DNA of 62,585 nt, filler included, from Circinaria calcarea (lineage: Eukaryota): the NCBI GenBank assembly GCA_051942165.1. It is 15 parts of 15 records of this genome, joined end to end, with 100 filler letters (N's around TTAATTAATTAA, not from the genome) between each part and the next. Parts side by side here need not be neighbours in the genome. Positions count along the whole stretch, not along the records: positions 58,532 to 62,585 come from JAVECS010002489.1; 14 more parts are not named here. One strand, given 5' to 3'. Below the pieces are notes generated by a model, which was not told the origin of the DNA, did no database searches, and saw nothing but the letters and a program-made list of their open reading frames with translations. The position numbers were made by a program, and so were the translations under genes. Shown in pieces: positions 60,660-62,585 of the stretch; the stretch's first letter is position 1; the number at the start of each line of letters is the position of its first letter.

Positions 60660-61931
60660 ATGGCGGAGCAATTGGTGATGCGGGGAACCCTCGAGGGCCA
60701 CAGTGGATGGGTGACCAGCTTGGCGACTTCGTTGGAGAAGTAAGCCATTGCCATAGGAATGACTGAGGTTTTCAAGCTCACAGGGATTCAGCCCAAATAT
60801 GCTTCTTTCGGGGAGCCGTGACAAGTCCCTCATTATCTGGAACCTCACCCGCGACGAGCAAAACTACGGATACCCAAAGCGAAGTCTACACGGCCACTCC
60901 CACATCGTCTCTGACTGCGTATGTGACCATGGTCCCTAAAGCCATGATTGGGAGTCGAGCTGATACGCTATTTCATAGGTCATCTCCTCTGACGGTGCTT
61001 ACGCTCTATCTGCCTCGTGGGACAAGACCCTTCGACTATGGGAACTCTCAACCGGCGCAACAACACGTCGCTTCGTCGGGCATACCAATGATGTTCTGTC
61101 GGTCTCCTTCTCCGCTGACAACCGACAAATTGTCTCCGGCTCGCGCGATCGTACAATCAAGCTATGGAACACCTTAGGAGACTGCAAATTCACCATCACT
61201 GAGAAAGGACACACCGAATGGGTCTCCTGTGTACGGTTCAGCCCAAACCCCCAGAACCCCGTTATAGTAAGCGCGGGATGGGATAAACTCGTCAAGGTAG
61301 GTAGCTTGACTTTGCCTCTTGGGGTGTGGAATATTCCCTGCCGGGTCACAGGATGCTTTGCTATTTACAAGTATTTGCTACTTCAGAGCCGATAGGCCAT
61401 GAGACAATCATTCACCATATGCACTGATGACCACCCGCTCTTATATCATTAAAAACTATCACTTATTACCAAATACGAGCCTGGCTAACCCCACATTCTC
61501 CCTAGGTCTGGGAACTCGCCTCCTGCCGCATCCAGACTGACCACATTGGCCACACTGGCTACATCAACACCGTCACTATCTCCCCTGACGGCTCTCTCTG
61601 CGCCTCCGGCGGCAAGGACGGTACTACCATGCTGTGGGATCTCAATGAGTCCAAGCACCTTTACTCCCTAAGCGCCGGCGACGAGATCCACGCTCTTGTA
61701 TTCTCCCCCAACCGTTACTGGCTATGCGCTGCCACATCCAGCAGCATCATCATCTTCGATCTCGAAAAGAAGAGCAAGGTGGATGAGCTGAAGCCCGAGT
61801 ACGTGGCCGTTGGCAAGAAGAGCCGTGAGCCGGAGTGTGTCAGTTTGGCGTGGAGTGCGGATGGGCAGACGCTGTTTGCCGGGTACACAGATAATTTGAT
61901 CCGGGCTTGGGGAGTCATGTCGAGGGCTTAA
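60660..61931 (+). CDS. cpc-2: RACK1 / G-protein beta-like WD40 ribosomal protein (Asc1/Cpc2)
   Basis: [24 protein letters not shown]...[16 protein letters not shown]. Introns 60740-60791, 60919-60978 and 61297-61505. Confidence 0.98.
61344..61432 (+). ncRNA. snR24: U24 (snR24) box C/D snoRNA in RACK1 intron 3
   Basis: Terminal stem GGTCA/TGACC; guide plus D' box TATTTGCTACTT-CAGA as in yeast U24; C'-like ATGAGA; D box CTGA at 61424-61427. U24 is known to reside in ASC1/cpc-2 introns. Confidence 0.85.
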
Positions 61932-62585
61932 GTTAGCGCTTCAAGCGGTTGGAGACGGGAAGTTGGTGGAATAGCTGGGGATGCCATATCTGAAAAGCTA
62001 GCACAGGCAGTGTAGCAATAGATACACTCCGTGGCTTTGAGAAGAATGGAAATGTATCCAATCACCCAGCTTACTGCTAAGATCGGTCTTACGGGATATC
62101 CACTTGGTCATTACATATAATTCCGAGATTCTAAGATTAGTCTTAGCATCTCGGAATTATGTGTAATGTCCAAGTGGATGTCCCGTGTGACCCATCTCAG
62201 CGGTAGCTGGGTGATTGGATACATTTCCATTCTTCTCAAAGCCGCGGAGTGTATCTATTGCTAGACTGCCTGTACTAGCCTTTCAGATATGGCATCCCCA
62301 GCTATTCCGCCAACTTCCTGTCTCCACGTACTTAGAACGCTAACTTAAGCCCTCGACATGACTCCCCAAGCCCGGATCAGATTATCCGTGTACCCCGCGA
62401 ACAGCGTCTGCCCATCCGCACTCCACGCCAAACTGACACACTCCGGCTCGCGGCTCTTCTTGCCAACGGCCACGTACTCGGGCTTCAGCTCATCCACCTT
62501 GCTCTTCTTTTCGAGATCGAAGATGATGATGCTGCTGGATGTGGCAGCGCATAGCCAGTAACGGTTGGGGGAGAATACAAGAGCG
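61691..62585. repeat. Long palindrome (arms >=445 bp) centred at 62138/62139
   Basis: Centre reads CTAAGA-TTAG-TCTTAG; arms align throughout with one 1-nt indel. Confidence 0.97.
62345..62585 (-). CDS. cpc-2: Second, inverted copy of the RACK1 3' coding region (runs off window end)
   Basis: Reverse complement encodes [10 protein letters not shown]...WGVMSRA*, identical in protein to 61691-61931, with 5 synonymous differences. Confidence 0.8.
   Translation of the reverse strand, partial: ALVFSPNRYWLCAATSSSIIIFDLEKKSKVDELKPEYVAVGKKSREPECVSLAWSADGQTLFAGYTDNLIRAWGVMSRA

Overview
This is not one locus. It is 15 unrelated ~4.05-4.10 kb contigs, sorted by decreasing length and joined by an artificial 100-nt spacer (N44-TTAATTAATTAA-N44), so synteny holds only within a contig. 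The DNA is intron-rich filamentous ascomycete (Pezizomycotina) nuclear sequence; a lichen-forming lineage is a weak guess. Recognisable genes, many truncated by contig ends: a 6-phosphogluconate dehydrogenase paralogue, RPE1, a methyltransferase-domain protein, RAX1/RGS, a peroxidase/WSC-family protein, two P450s (one CYP51), complex I 24-kDa subunit, PAF-acetylhydrolase, an ABCC transporter, PPS1 phosphatase, a DUF3176 protein, a sacsin/NO VEIN-like ATPase, DNF3, TOM22, MAS2, and RACK1/cpc-2 with its intronic U24 snoRNA. There are also several MITEs and TE relics, and pseudogenes. Two observations stand out. (1) A nearly spacer-less palindrome with arms of at least 445 bp places a second RACK1 3' end tail-to-tail with the first; all coding differences are synonymous. 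(2) A 7-exon secreted gene, invisible in the ORF track, encodes a Kex2-type repeat precursor with two identical EARAEENTDASTCCDFYLVDR units, a candidate new peptide or RiPP system. All family assignments are from motif recognition by eye; no searches were run.
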